From a virus (lineage: Duplodnaviria > Caudoviricetes), in IMG/VR virus record IMGVR_UViG_3300017700_000453, positions 1-38,904 of that record: 38,904 nt of DNA. One strand, 5' to 3'. Shown here in pieces: positions 1 through 9,527 of this stretch. The notes below the pieces were generated by a model. It ran no database searches. It saw only the letters and a program-made list of their open reading frames with translations, and was not told the DNA's origin. Positions within the stretch are counted from its first letter, which is position 1, and each line of letters begins with the position of its first letter. The position numbers were made by a program, and so were the translations under genes.

Positions 1-123
1 CGCAAGCATGAACCAGCAACTATTCAGCGCACAAGCCACCGCGTTTGCCTTGACGGGCGCGCCGGCGGCATCGGCAGCTGTGGCCATCCCCTTTTCGGCC
101 AACGCCATCCGGATTGTCAACGA
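1..123. repeat. Terminal direct repeat, left copy (circular overlap)
   Basis: Bases 1-123 (cgcaagcatg...ggattgtcaacga) are identical to 38782-38904. Confidence 0.97.
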
Positions 124-331
124 GGGGCCGAATGTCATGTTCGTGGCTATCGGGGACTCGTCGGTATCGGCCACGCTGCCCGGCGCCGTCCCTGGCACGC
201 GCACCAGCACCCCGGTGCTGCCATCGTCGGATGTGACGCTGGGCATGGCCGCGGGCCAGCAGTACATCAGCTGTATCTGCCGCGCCGCCGGCAGTGCCGT
301 GGCCACCGTGCAACCCGGGGAGGGCATGTAA
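8..331 (+). CDS. Hypothetical protein, probable virion protein
   Basis: ATG overlaps the terS stop (ATGA) across the circular junction; AAGGAG RBS in the right-hand copy; small beta-rich, Ala/Val/Thr-rich sequence. Confidence 0.75.
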   Translation: MNQQLFSAQATAFALTGAPAASAAVAIPFSANAIRIVNEGPNVMFVAIGDSSVSATLPGAVPGTRTSTPVLPSSDVTLGMAAGQQYISCICRAAGSAVATVQPGEGM

Positions 332-648
332 TGAGCCGCCTGAAACGCATCAAGGACGCCATTCTGGGCGTTGACGCCATCCCCGCCGTGGACGCCCCGG
401 CACCAGTCGTCAAGACGGGCGAGCAGACGGGCCTGATGGCCGAGCCGCAAGGACGCCGCGTCTACCACGAATATTTCGTGGGCGAGGACCGCGGCGACGG
501 TCACCACTGCTGGACCACTCGCGTGTACACCGCCGCCGGCCTGCACACCGAGAAAGAGGGCCTTGCGCTGGGCGACGATGTGGCCCGCAAGCAGGCCGAC
601 GCCTGGGGCCTGGCCAAGAAAGCCGAAATCTTGCGGGGTGAATCATGA
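331..648 (+). CDS. Hypothetical protein
   Basis: Translationally coupled at both ends (TAATG, ATGA); GGGGAGG upstream. Confidence 0.7.
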   Translation: MSRLKRIKDAILGVDAIPAVDAPAPVVKTGEQTGLMAEPQGRRVYHEYFVGEDRGDGHHCWTTRVYTAAGLHTEKEGLALGDDVARKQADAWGLAKKAEILRGES

Positions 649-1046
649 CAGTCGGCATTAACGTCACGATCCGCAACGCCCGCGCAAACCTGATCCGCGA
701 CGCTGTGGACGCCGGCGCAGGCGCTGGCCTGTTTCGTGTTTATGACGGCTCACGCCCGGCCACCGGCGGCGCGGCCACCACCCTGCTGGCAGAACTGACC
801 TTCACCGACCCGAGCGCGGCGAACGCATCGGGCGGCGTGCTGACCTTCAGCGCTATCACCGCCGACGCCAGCGCGAACGCCACCGGCACCGCCACCTGGG
901 GCCGTATGGTGGACAGCACGGGCGCCTTTGTCGAAGATTTCAGCGTTGGCACGTCCGGGGCTGATTACATTCTGAACACTACCAGCATCACCATCGGCCT
1001 GAACGTGTCCTGCACCAGCGCGACCCAGACCGAGGGGAGCGCTTAA
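645..1046 (+). CDS. Probable virion structural protein
   Basis: RNARANLIRDAVD...RVYDGSRPA...TGTATWGR pattern resembles a widespread small phage structural family; coupled start. Confidence 0.65.
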   Translation: MTVGINVTIRNARANLIRDAVDAGAGAGLFRVYDGSRPATGGAATTLLAELTFTDPSAANASGGVLTFSAITADASANATGTATWGRMVDSTGAFVEDFSVGTSGADYILNTTSITIGLNVSCTSATQTEGSA

Positions 1047-1925
1047 ATGCTCGGCAACTGGATCAAGCAGACGACGACGACGACCGGCACCGGCTCTCTT
1101 ACGCTGTCCGCTGCCACTGGATACCCGACGTTTGCAGACCAGTTTGCCGTCAACCAGCCGCTGTATTACAACATTCTGGATTCGACCGGCGCGCCGATTG
1201 AGTGCGGTATCGGCAAGCTTACTTCGTCCACGGTCCTGGCGCGCACGCAGGTATTGCAAACTTACACCGGTGGCACTTTCACGAACATAGGCGCGACAGC
1301 CGTCAGCCTGTCCGCTGGCACCTACACGGTGGTTTGCGCTGCCGTGATGCAGCAGGGCGGCGTGACCTCGTTTCCGGGTATCACGTCAGTGGCCACGCTG
1401 CGCGCGATGATTGCCTATCCGTTCGTGGGCAGCGCCAACGTCAAGGCATTGACCTTGAACACGCCCGCATTCATGCCAGTGCGCATCGACGCCGGCAAGG
1501 GCGTTTCTGCGCTGGGTATCGAAGTCACGACCCTGGGCGGCACCGGCTCGGACAAGGTGCGCTGTGGCCTGTACCCGGTCAACGCTGACGGCTCGCCCGG
1601 CGATCTGATCGCACAAAGCGGTGACATGCTGCCGAATACCACGGGCCTAAAGTCCGCGACACTCGTCGGCGGCACCATGAACGTCCCGCCCGGCTGGTAC
1701 TACTTCATGATGCTGTCGAGCGTAAATGTCACCGTGCGGGCGGCAAGCAACAGCTTCCTGGCGCAGTCCACGCACATGGGCATGGGGACCAGCACATCGC
1801 CATATGGCTTTGGGCAGGCTTCGGCTGTCGGCGGCGGCTGGACTGTGCTGCCTACCACCTTCACCGTGGCCGGCCTGCAAACGCTCGCCGCCGACTTCCC
1901 ACCTTGCCCGTACGTCTACCTATGA
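1047..1925 (+). CDS. Fibre/spike-like virion protein
   Basis: N-terminal NWIKQTTTTTGTGSLTL motif, seen at the start of phage fibre-like proteins; Thr/Gly-rich beta composition. Confidence 0.55.
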   Translation: MLGNWIKQTTTTTGTGSLTLSAATGYPTFADQFAVNQPLYYNILDSTGAPIECGIGKLTSSTVLARTQVLQTYTGGTFTNIGATAVSLSAGTYTVVCAAVMQQGGVTSFPGITSVATLRAMIAYPFVGSANVKALTLNTPAFMPVRIDAGKGVSALGIEVTTLGGTGSDKVRCGLYPVNADGSPGDLIAQSGDMLPNTTGLKSATLVGGTMNVPPGWYYFMMLSSVNVTVRAASNSFLAQSTHMGMGTSTSPYGFGQASAVGGGWTVLPTTFTVAGLQTLAADFPPCPYVYL

Positions 1926-2329
1926 TTAATTACATCGAAAAGGGTATGGGGCTGCACGCGGCAATTGCTGCCGCCGGCCACTCGCTGGTGCAGCGGGACG
2001 GCGTGTGGCTGTCGTCCAACGACCTGGCGGTGCAGAACATCATCGACGCATACAACGAACTGGGCGACCAGAAGGCCACGCGCAACGCCGCGATCAAGGC
2101 TGACGGCCTGGCCCGCATCAATGCGCTGTTCCCCGCCATCCAGTCGCTGGATGACATCGCGTTCCAGGCTGAATTCTGGCTGTCGATTGCACCTGCCGCG
2201 CGCTCGCCCACGGTCAATTTCAGCAAAATCATCAATATTTACAGCGCCGCCAAGACTGCCATTACAGCCGTCAACGCATGCACGACCAAGGCGCAAATCG
2301 ACGCGGTAACCCCCGCATGGCCGGCCTGA
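1922..2329 (+). CDS. Hypothetical protein, possible fibre-associated chaperone
   Basis: ATGA overlap at 1922 (MINYIEKG); C-terminal ...AQIDAVTPAWP resembles fibre-assembly-type proteins. Confidence 0.6.
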   Translation: MINYIEKGMGLHAAIAAAGHSLVQRDGVWLSSNDLAVQNIIDAYNELGDQKATRNAAIKADGLARINALFPAIQSLDDIAFQAEFWLSIAPAARSPTVNFSKIINIYSAAKTAITAVNACTTKAQIDAVTPAWPA

Positions 2330-2330
2330 T

Positions 2331-2798
2331 ATGAGCCTTGGCCTGTCGCCTCTCGGAATCCGGCCCCTTGGCCTGGCACCAGATGCTGGCGGCACGGTGG
2401 TGCCTTCTGGCGCCTACAGCAGCACGCTGGCCGGCGTCGCCATGGCTGCAGCTGGCCAAGTCACCAACGTGGGGACCTTCGGCGCTACTTTGGGCGGTGT
2501 CACACTGGCCGCGGCTGGTACGGTGGGGCTCACCCCTTCCGGAACGTTCGCTGCTACGCTTGACGGCGTGACGCTGGCCGCTGCCGGCACCATTACCAAC
2601 GTGGGCGCCTATTCCAGCGTGCTGGGGGGCGTGACGCTTGCCGCCGCGGGCAATGTCTCTGCGAACCCGACAGGCGCCTTTGCAACGACCCTGGGCGGCG
2701 TGAGCATGGCAGCATCGGGCTATGTCGGCACGCCGCCGGTATTCGCTGGTTCCTCGTCGCGCCGCCGCTCGCGCTCGCGCCTGATTGCGAGGCCATGA
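2331..2798 (+). CDS. Repeat-containing hypothetical protein
   Basis: Five tandem G-x-[FY]-x-x-[TV]-L-x-GV-x-[LM]-AA-x-G repeats and an Arg-rich tail; stop overlaps the terL ATG. Confidence 0.7.
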   Translation: MSLGLSPLGIRPLGLAPDAGGTVVPSGAYSSTLAGVAMAAAGQVTNVGTFGATLGGVTLAAAGTVGLTPSGTFAATLDGVTLAAAGTITNVGAYSSVLGGVTLAAAGNVSANPTGAFATTLGGVSMAASGYVGTPPVFAGSSSRRRSRSRLIARP

Positions 2799-4228
2799 CC
2801 ATGACCCGCATCGTGCTCCCCAACAACTGGCAGCCGCGGCCCGCGCAGATGGCCGCATGGTCCTACCTTGAGAACGGCGGGCGCCACTGCGAATTGATCT
2901 GGCATCGCCGGTATGGCAAGGACGAAATCTCCCTGCACCGCACCGCTTGCGCCGCGTTTGAGCGCCAGGCGAACTACTGGCACATGCTGCCCGAGTATGC
3001 GCAGGCCAGAAAAGCGATCTGGGACGCTGTGAACCCGCGCACCGGCAAGCGCCGCATCGATGAAGCATTCCCGCACGAGATTCGCGCCGGCATCGACAAC
3101 ACCAAGATGATTTTGCGCCTGAAGGGCGGCAGCAGCTGGCAGGTGGTGGGGTCCGACAACCCGGACACGCTGGTGGGTTCCACGCCGGCGGGCATCGTCT
3201 ATTCGGAGTGGGCGCTGTCGAACCCGAACGCGCGCGCTTACCTGCGCCCGACCACCACCGAGAACAACGGCTGGCAAATCTTCATCACCACGCCGCGGGG
3301 CCGCAACCACGCCTACAGCACATACAAGGCCGCGCTGCGCAACATGCAGGCCGGCGAGGACAGCTTTGCCCAGATTCTGGACGTGCGCGACACCGGCGCC
3401 CTGACCGATGACCAGCTGGCCAAGGAACTGCGCGACTACATCGATGACTTTGGCGAGGATTACGGGCGCAGCAAGTTCGAACAAGAATACATGTGCAGTT
3501 TCGAAGCGGCGATCCTGGGCGCGATCCTGGCCCGCTCGCTGGGCATTTCGGAGAAAGAAGGCAAGATCACCGACGAGGTGGAATTCGACCCGTACGGCGC
3601 GCCCATCGAAATCTCGTGCGACCTGGGCCGACGCGATACCGCCACGTGGTGGTTCTGGCAGCCCATGATCGGCGGCTACCAGATCATCGACCACGCCAGC
3701 GGCTGGGGCATCGACGCTGATGAATGGGTGGTGCGCCTTGAGGCGATGCTTCGCAAGTACCAGCGCGCGGACGGGCGCCCCGCCTTGGGCCGCTTCTGGC
3801 TGCCGCACGACGCCAAGGCCAAGACGTTTGCCGCGAAGCACAGCGCCGTGGAAATCTTCCTCAAGGCCTTTGGCGCCGACCACGTGGCCATGGTGCCGCG
3901 ATCTTCGATTGCCGACCGGGTGAACGCCGCCCGGGTGCTTACCCCGCGCGTGAAGTTCAACGCCACCCGCTGTGACGCCGGCCTAAATGCGCTGCGCTCG
4001 TGGCGCTATGAGTACGACGAAGAAAAAAAGATCTTCAGCAGCGACCCGCTGCACGACTGGTCCAGCCACGACGGCGACGGCTACAGCTACGGCTGCCTGA
4101 TTATGAAGCAGGCCGAGCCACCGCCACCGACCAAGCCGCCAATGCGCGGCCTCACGGTGGGAACGAACCAGGCCACTTTGGACGAAATGTGGGCATCGAC
4201 CCCCGCCCCCAATAAAGGACGAATCTGA
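2795..4228 (+). CDS. terL: Terminase large subunit
   Basis: Walker A HRRYGKD, Walker B-like IVYSEW, coupling motif TTPRGRN, FEQEYMCSF, nuclease DLG and HDWSSHDGD. Confidence 0.95.
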   Translation: MTMTRIVLPNNWQPRPAQMAAWSYLENGGRHCELIWHRRYGKDEISLHRTACAAFERQANYWHMLPEYAQARKAIWDAVNPRTGKRRIDEAFPHEIRAGIDNTKMILRLKGGSSWQVVGSDNPDTLVGSTPAGIVYSEWALSNPNARAYLRPTTTENNGWQIFITTPRGRNHAYSTYKAALRNMQAGEDSFAQILDVRDTGALTDDQLAKELRDYIDDFGEDYGRSKFEQEYMCSFEAAILGAILARSLGISEKEGKITDEVEFDPYGAPIEISCDLGRRDTATWWFWQPMIGGYQIIDHASGWGIDADEWVVRLEAMLRKYQRADGRPALGRFWLPHDAKAKTFAAKHSAVEIFLKAFGADHVAMVPRSSIADRVNAARVLTPRVKFNATRCDAGLNALRSWRYEYDEEKKIFSSDPLHDWSSHDGDGYSYGCLIMKQAEPPPPTKPPMRGLTVGTNQATLDEMWASTPAPNKGRI

Positions 4229-6453
4229 TGGCCGATACAAACCCAAAAGCAGCGATTGACCCGAAGGCGAAAAAGTGGGTTGACGCCATTGCGGCCTACG
4301 AACGCAAGTTCAAGCCGTGGGAAACGCGCGCCGGCAAGATCGTCAAGCGCTACCGCGACTACGACGAGAAGGCCGACAGCAGCACGGACAGCACGTCCGC
4401 GTTCAACATCCTGTGGTCAAACGTCCAGGTGCTGCTGCCGGCCACGTTCTCGCGCGTGCCAAAGCCGGATGTGTCGCGCCGCTTCAACGACAGCGACCCG
4501 GTGGGGCGTGTGGCGTGCCTGCTGCTGGAACGCGCCCTGTCCTACGAGATTGAGCACTACCCCGACTACCGCGCCGCCATGGAAGGCTGCGTTCTCGACC
4601 GCTTCCTGGGTGGCCGCGGCGTTTCATGGGTGCGCTACGAGCCGCACATCATCTCCGTGCCTGGCCAGATCGACGGCGGCGTGCAGGTGACGGAAGACGC
4701 CGACAAGGCCGACCCGGAACAGGACGAGCAGGCGGCAGCGACCGAGGAAATCGAATATGAGTGCGCCCCGGTCGATTATGTGCACTGGAAGGAATTTGGC
4801 CACGTCGTGGCGCGCACCTGGGAGGAAGTGCCGGCAGTGTGGCGCCTCGTCTACATGGACAAGGCCGCGCTGGTCAAGCGCTTTGGCGAGAAAATCGCCG
4901 CCACGATCCCGCTGGACACCCGGCCCGACCAGAACGGCGACAACCGCAAGATTACCGCGGGCGCCGGCTCGTCGGCAGAGGGCGCGCAGGCTGCCATCTA
5001 TGAAATCTGGGACAAAGCCACGTCCACCGCCGTCTGGATGGCCAAGACCACCCAGCAGATCGTGGACGAGCGCGCCGACCCGCTGAAGCTGGACGGCTTT
5101 TTCCCCTGCCCGCGCCCGCTGTACGCCACGATGACGAACTGCACGCTGGTTCCGGTGCCGGACTTCAAGCTCTACCAGGACCAGGCCAACCAGTTGACCA
5201 AGCTTCAGGCCAAGATCGATGGCCTGATCGACCAGCTCAAGGTGATGGGTGTCTACTCGTCCGCTGTGCCAGAGCTGGCGCGCCTGTTCAAGGAAGGCGG
5301 CAACGGCACGCTGATCCCTGTTTCCGACTGGACCGCGTTTTCCGAGAAAATGGGCCTCAAGGGCTCGATTGACATCGTGGACCTGGCCCCGATTGTGTCG
5401 GCGCTTGAGGTTGCCTACAGCACGGTGGAACAGGTCAAGAACCAGATTTACGAGCTGATGGGCATCAGCGACATCGTGCGCGGCGCCAGCGACCCCACCG
5501 AGACTTACGGCGCGCAGAAGCTGAAAGGCCAGTACGGAAACATGCGCTTGCGCAACAATCAGGACAAGGTGGTCCGCTTTGCCACTGAAATCCTGCAGAT
5601 CAAGGCGCAGATCATTTGCCAACACTTCCAGCCGTCCACCATCGCGCGCATCGCGTGTGTAGAACAGCTGACCCCGGAAGATCAGCAGATGGTCCCGCAA
5701 GCGATGGAACTGCTGCTGGGGCCGCGCGCCATGGACCCGGCAGCCGATACCGACCAGGGGCCGCTGTCGTCCTTCCGGGTGGAAGTGTCCAGCGATTCCA
5801 TGATCCAGATGGACGAGGCGCAAGAGAAGGCCGACCGCTCGCTGTTCCTTGACGCCGTTGGCACCTACATGGAAAAGTCCCTGCCGATCATCCAGCAATC
5901 GCCCCAGATGGCGCCGCTGCTTGTTGGCCTGCTGAAGTTCGGCATTACCGGCTTCAAGGTGGGGCGCACGGTGGAAGGCATGATTGACGCCGCGCTGGAC
6001 AAGATGACGAAGGAAGCGCAGCAGCCGAAGGAACCGCCGCCCGATCCGGAAATGCAGAAGGTCCAGGCGCAGATGCAGCTGGAAGACAAGAAACTGGCCA
6101 ATGCCCAGACGCTTGAGCAGCAGCGCATGCAGACGGATGCGCAGCTGGCCAGCCATGAACAGCAGGTGCAGGCCGAGCAGAACGCCCACCAGCAGCAGCT
6201 GGAAGCGCAGCGCGACGCCCAGCAGGCCCAGATTGACGCCCAGCTTGAGCAGCAGCGCATGGCCTTTGAGGCGCGCATGGCCGACGCGGAAGCGGCCAGC
6301 GCCGAACGACTGGAACAGCAGCGCCTGGCGCTTGAGGCCCAGATGAACGCCCGTGACAACGCCGTGAAAGTGCATATCGCAGAACTTCAGCACCAGGCCG
6401 CGAAGTATGCCGCCGACCAGAAACCCGCACTTCAACAAGACTGGGAGGAATGA
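4228..6453 (+). CDS. Portal protein
   Basis: 741 aa directly after terL; FNILWSNVQVL...FFPCPRPLYAT...MGISDIVRG; Gln-rich C-terminal coiled coil like the P22 portal barrel. Confidence 0.88.
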   Translation: MADTNPKAAIDPKAKKWVDAIAAYERKFKPWETRAGKIVKRYRDYDEKADSSTDSTSAFNILWSNVQVLLPATFSRVPKPDVSRRFNDSDPVGRVACLLLERALSYEIEHYPDYRAAMEGCVLDRFLGGRGVSWVRYEPHIISVPGQIDGGVQVTEDADKADPEQDEQAAATEEIEYECAPVDYVHWKEFGHVVARTWEEVPAVWRLVYMDKAALVKRFGEKIAATIPLDTRPDQNGDNRKITAGAGSSAEGAQAAIYEIWDKATSTAVWMAKTTQQIVDERADPLKLDGFFPCPRPLYATMTNCTLVPVPDFKLYQDQANQLTKLQAKIDGLIDQLKVMGVYSSAVPELARLFKEGGNGTLIPVSDWTAFSEKMGLKGSIDIVDLAPIVSALEVAYSTVEQVKNQIYELMGISDIVRGASDPTETYGAQKLKGQYGNMRLRNNQDKVVRFATEILQIKAQIICQHFQPSTIARIACVEQLTPEDQQMVPQAMELLLGPRAMDPAADTDQGPLSSFRVEVSSDSMIQMDEAQEKADRSLFLDAVGTYMEKSLPIIQQSPQMAPLLVGLLKFGITGFKVGRTVEGMIDAALDKMTKEAQQPKEPPPDPEMQKVQAQMQLEDKKLANAQTLEQQRMQTDAQLASHEQQVQAEQNAHQQQLEAQRDAQQAQIDAQLEQQRMAFEARMADAEAASAERLEQQRLALEAQMNARDNAVKVHIAELQHQAAKYAADQKPALQQDWEE

Positions 6454-6785
6454 TGCCTATCTACGTTCTGGGCTGCGCATGCGGCCACACCGAGGAAATC
6501 TACCGCTCCATCGCCAAGATGGACGACGACTTGCCCGAGCATTGCGGGGTGACGATGCAGCGCCGTGTGGTGGCGCCGATGGTAGCCGCCGACATCCAGC
6601 CGTACCAGAGCCAGTGTGATGGCAGCTGGATCACGAGCCGCAGCCAGCACCGCGCGCACCTGAAGCAGCACGGCGTTATCGAGATGGGGAACGAGAAGCC
6701 GAAGGCGCCGACCGCCATCAAGCCCCCGCCCGGGCTGAAGGAAACACTGATTCGCGTTGCAAACGAGAAGCTTAAAGCCGCTTGA
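6450..6785 (+). CDS. FmdB-like zinc-ribbon protein
   Basis: MPIY..CxCGH..E...CG..MQR.V.AP pattern. Confidence 0.7.
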   Translation: MMPIYVLGCACGHTEEIYRSIAKMDDDLPEHCGVTMQRRVVAPMVAADIQPYQSQCDGSWITSRSQHRAHLKQHGVIEMGNEKPKAPTAIKPPPGLKETLIRVANEKLKAA

Positions 6786-6818
6786 CCCACCCACCCCTCA
6801 ACTACTTGAGAGAACACC

Positions 6819-7898
6819 ATGCCCGGACCTAACGACCAGCAAGACGAAATTCAGAACAACGAGCCAGAGAGCCGCCGCGACACGCTGCTGGCTGGGCTGG
6901 AAGCGCTTGAGAACCCAGCACCAGATGCCGGCGACACCGGCGAAACGGTGGTATTGAGCGCTGAAGACATGGCAGCGGCCCGCGCGCGCGACCAGCAAGG
7001 CCGGTTTGCGCCGAAGCCTGCCGACGCCCCCGCGCCAGCTGCAGCAGCGCCAACGCCCGCCGCCGAGCCAGCGCCAAGCCTGACCACCTGGCGAAAGGAA
7101 TACTTGCCGATCCAGCAGAAGCTGGCCGCGGGCCTGCCGCTGACCGCCGACGAAGCCACGAAGCTGGCCGCGTACAACGTGCAGCGCGAAAAGGAATACA
7201 GCACGGGCGTTTCGACCTACCGCGCCGAAGCGCTGCAGGCGAAGCAGTTCACTGACGCCATGGCCGAATTCATCCCGACGCTGCAGCAGCACAACATTCA
7301 ACCGGCGCAGTGGATACAGAACCTGGGCCGCGCGCACCAGACCCTGGCCATGGGCAGCCCTGAACAGAAATTGCAAATGTTCGCGCGCCTGGCGCAGGAC
7401 TACGGCGTCCCGATGGCGGCGATTCAGCAACAGCAACAGGGCCAGATGGACCCCGTGACGCTGCAGCTGATGGCCGAAGTGGACCGCCTGAACAAGAGCG
7501 TTACCGGCGTCACATCGTGGCGCGAACAGCAAGAGGTACAAGCAATTCAGCAAGAACTCTCAAAGTTTCTGGATACAGCACAGTATCCGCACTTTGAGCA
7601 GGTACGGGAGCCGATGATTCAACTACTTGAGTCTGGTATGGCCCAAAACCCTGATGCGGCCTACAAGATGGCCGTGCGCCTGGACGAATCCCTGTCGTCA
7701 GCTGACCAAGCGCGTCAAGCGCAAGCGACTGCTGCAGCAACGGAAGCGGCCAGGCAAGCGGCCATCAAGAAAGCCAAAAACGCTGGCGCTTCGGTGCGCA
7801 CCGCTACTCCTAGCGGCGCTGCTTCAAGCCCATCGGCAAAGGACAGGCGCGGCGCCCTCGCAGCTTCATTTGAAGCCGTGGACGCTGGCCGGGTTTAA
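6819..7898 (+). CDS. Capsid scaffolding protein
   Basis: Acidic N-terminus, RDQQGRFA motif, helical Ala/Gln-rich body; directly upstream of the capsid gene. Confidence 0.75.
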   Translation: MPGPNDQQDEIQNNEPESRRDTLLAGLEALENPAPDAGDTGETVVLSAEDMAAARARDQQGRFAPKPADAPAPAAAAPTPAAEPAPSLTTWRKEYLPIQQKLAAGLPLTADEATKLAAYNVQREKEYSTGVSTYRAEALQAKQFTDAMAEFIPTLQQHNIQPAQWIQNLGRAHQTLAMGSPEQKLQMFARLAQDYGVPMAAIQQQQQGQMDPVTLQLMAEVDRLNKSVTGVTSWREQQEVQAIQQELSKFLDTAQYPHFEQVREPMIQLLESGMAQNPDAAYKMAVRLDESLSSADQARQAQATAAATEAARQAAIKKAKNAGASVRTATPSGAASSPSAKDRRGALAASFEAVDAGRV

Positions 7899-7928
7899 CC
7901 ACTTCATCGACTACTTAGGAGCAACACC

Positions 7929-8927
7929 ATGCCATTCCCGAACTCCGCGATTACCGACATCATCGCCACCACCATCCAGTCCCGCTCCGGCGAGCTGGCC
8001 GACAACCTGACCAACAACAACGCTCTGCTGATGGAATTGCAGGCGCAGGGCAACATCAAGCCGTTTTCCGGCGGTAACGTGATTTTGGAAGAAATCATGT
8101 ACAACGACACCACGACGGACAACAGTGGCAGCTATTCCGGCTACGAGGCGATCAACATCAGCCCTGACAGCCCGATCAGCGCCGCCCAGTACAGCATCAA
8201 GCAGTACGCCGACGCCGTCACCATGTCGGGCCTGGAAATGCTGCAGAACAGCGGCAAAGAACAGATCATCGATCTGCTGGACAGCCGCATGGAGATTTCC
8301 GAAGCGCGCCTGTTGAACCGCATCGCCGCCGACATCTACGGCGACGGCACCGGCAACGGCGGCAAGAACATCACAGGCCTGCAGGCAGCTGTCCCCGACG
8401 TGGCCAACACCGGCACCTACGGCGGCATCGACCGCGCGACCTGGGCATTCTGGCGCTCGCAGTCGTTCAGCGGCCTGACCGATGGCGGCGCAGCAGTGTC
8501 CGCGACCAACATCGTGCAGTACATGACCACGCTGGCCCTGCGCCTCGTGCGTGGCCGTGACAAACCAACCCTTATCGTGGCCGATTCGAACTACTACAGC
8601 ATGTACGTTAACGCGCTGCAGGCCATCCAGCGCGTCACCAGCGACGGCGGCGGCACGGCTGGCGCAGGCTTCGCCAAGCTGAAGTTCTACGGCGGCGGCG
8701 TGGCGGCTGACGTGGTCCTGGACGGCGGTATCGGCATGACCACTGCCAACCGCATGTACTTCCTGAACACCAAGTACATGAAGTTCCGCCCGCACCGTGA
8801 CCGCAATTTCGTGCCTATCGGCGGCGAGCGCCAGGCGATCAACCAGGACGCCATTGTCAAGCTGTATGGCTGGGCCGGCAATCTCACCACCCGCGGCGCC
8901 CAGTTCCAGGGCCTGCTGAAGGCGTAA
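7929..8927 (+). CDS. Major capsid protein
   Basis: IIATTIQSRSGELADNLTNNNALL...YGDGTGNGGKNITGL...WAGNLT; 332 aa; position after scaffold; strong codon bias. Confidence 0.9.
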   Translation: MPFPNSAITDIIATTIQSRSGELADNLTNNNALLMELQAQGNIKPFSGGNVILEEIMYNDTTTDNSGSYSGYEAINISPDSPISAAQYSIKQYADAVTMSGLEMLQNSGKEQIIDLLDSRMEISEARLLNRIAADIYGDGTGNGGKNITGLQAAVPDVANTGTYGGIDRATWAFWRSQSFSGLTDGGAAVSATNIVQYMTTLALRLVRGRDKPTLIVADSNYYSMYVNALQAIQRVTSDGGGTAGAGFAKLKFYGGGVAADVVLDGGIGMTTANRMYFLNTKYMKFRPHRDRNFVPIGGERQAINQDAIVKLYGWAGNLTTRGAQFQGLLKA

Positions 8928-8936
8928 CAAACCGGC

Positions 8937-8960
8937 GCCCGCTTCGGCGGGTTCCTTCCC
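8937..8960 (+). terminator. C(UUCG)G hairpin after capsid gene (weak terminator or mRNA stabiliser)
   Basis: gcccgc-ttcg-gcgggt followed by pyrimidine tract tccttccc. Confidence 0.55.
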
Positions 8961-8979
8961 AATTCAAGGAGAAAGCATC

Positions 8980-9474
8980 ATGGCTTACACGATTCAAAAC
9001 CCGCTGGCTGGCTTCCAGCCAATCGCCGTGACCGACACCACCCAGAACCACGCTCTGGGTACGATCGTCACCGCAACCGATCCGACCTACGGCACCGGTG
9101 AATTTATCTACCTGAAGGGCATCGCCTCGACGGCGATTGGCACCATGGTGGATTACGACCAGTACCTTGGCACCACTGCGCTGTCGCCGGCTACCGCTGG
9201 CACCGGCCCCGTGGCTGTCGCCATGTCGGCAAACGTCGCCTTGCAATACGGCTGGTATCAGATCGATGGCGCTGCCGTCGTGAAGGCGCCAAACGCCATG
9301 GTGGTGGGCGCCGACGTGTTCTCGCTGGCAGCCACCCCTGGCAGCGTGGACGATGCGGCAGTGGCCGGCGAACAGATTCTGAACGCCAAGGTTTCGACCA
9401 CGACCGGCACGCCTTCCACCGGCTTTGGCGTTATCCAGATCAACCGCCCATTCCACCAGGGCCAGATCACCTAA
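8980..9474 (+). CDS. Capsid decoration/cement-like protein
   Basis: Follows the capsid gene with a strong AAGGAG RBS; YGTGEFIYLKG...QYGWYQIDG. Confidence 0.65.
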   Translation: MAYTIQNPLAGFQPIAVTDTTQNHALGTIVTATDPTYGTGEFIYLKGIASTAIGTMVDYDQYLGTTALSPATAGTGPVAVAMSANVALQYGWYQIDGAAVVKAPNAMVVGADVFSLAATPGSVDDAAVAGEQILNAKVSTTTGTPSTGFGVIQINRPFHQGQIT

Positions 9475-9483
9475 ACCAGTGAT

Positions 9484-9508
9484 GCGGGGGCTTCGGCCCC
9501 TGCTTTCC
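9484..9508 (+). terminator. C(UUCG)G hairpin, weak terminator
   Basis: gcgggggc-ttcg-gcccctgc followed by tttcc. Confidence 0.6.
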
Positions 9509-9527
9509 AACCTCAAGGAGAAATATC

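Noticed and set aside
6040-6420. CAG-rich repeats in the portal 3' end
   Set aside because: Explained by the Gln-rich coiled-coil barrel typical of P22-like portals
4624-6438. 604-aa antisense ORF, and similar long ones such as 16807-18642(-), 23300-24712(+), 21699-22928(+) and 2720-3883(-)
   Set aside because: Shadow ORFs opposite well-supported genes, expected from high-GC codon bias; no RBS or recognisable motifs
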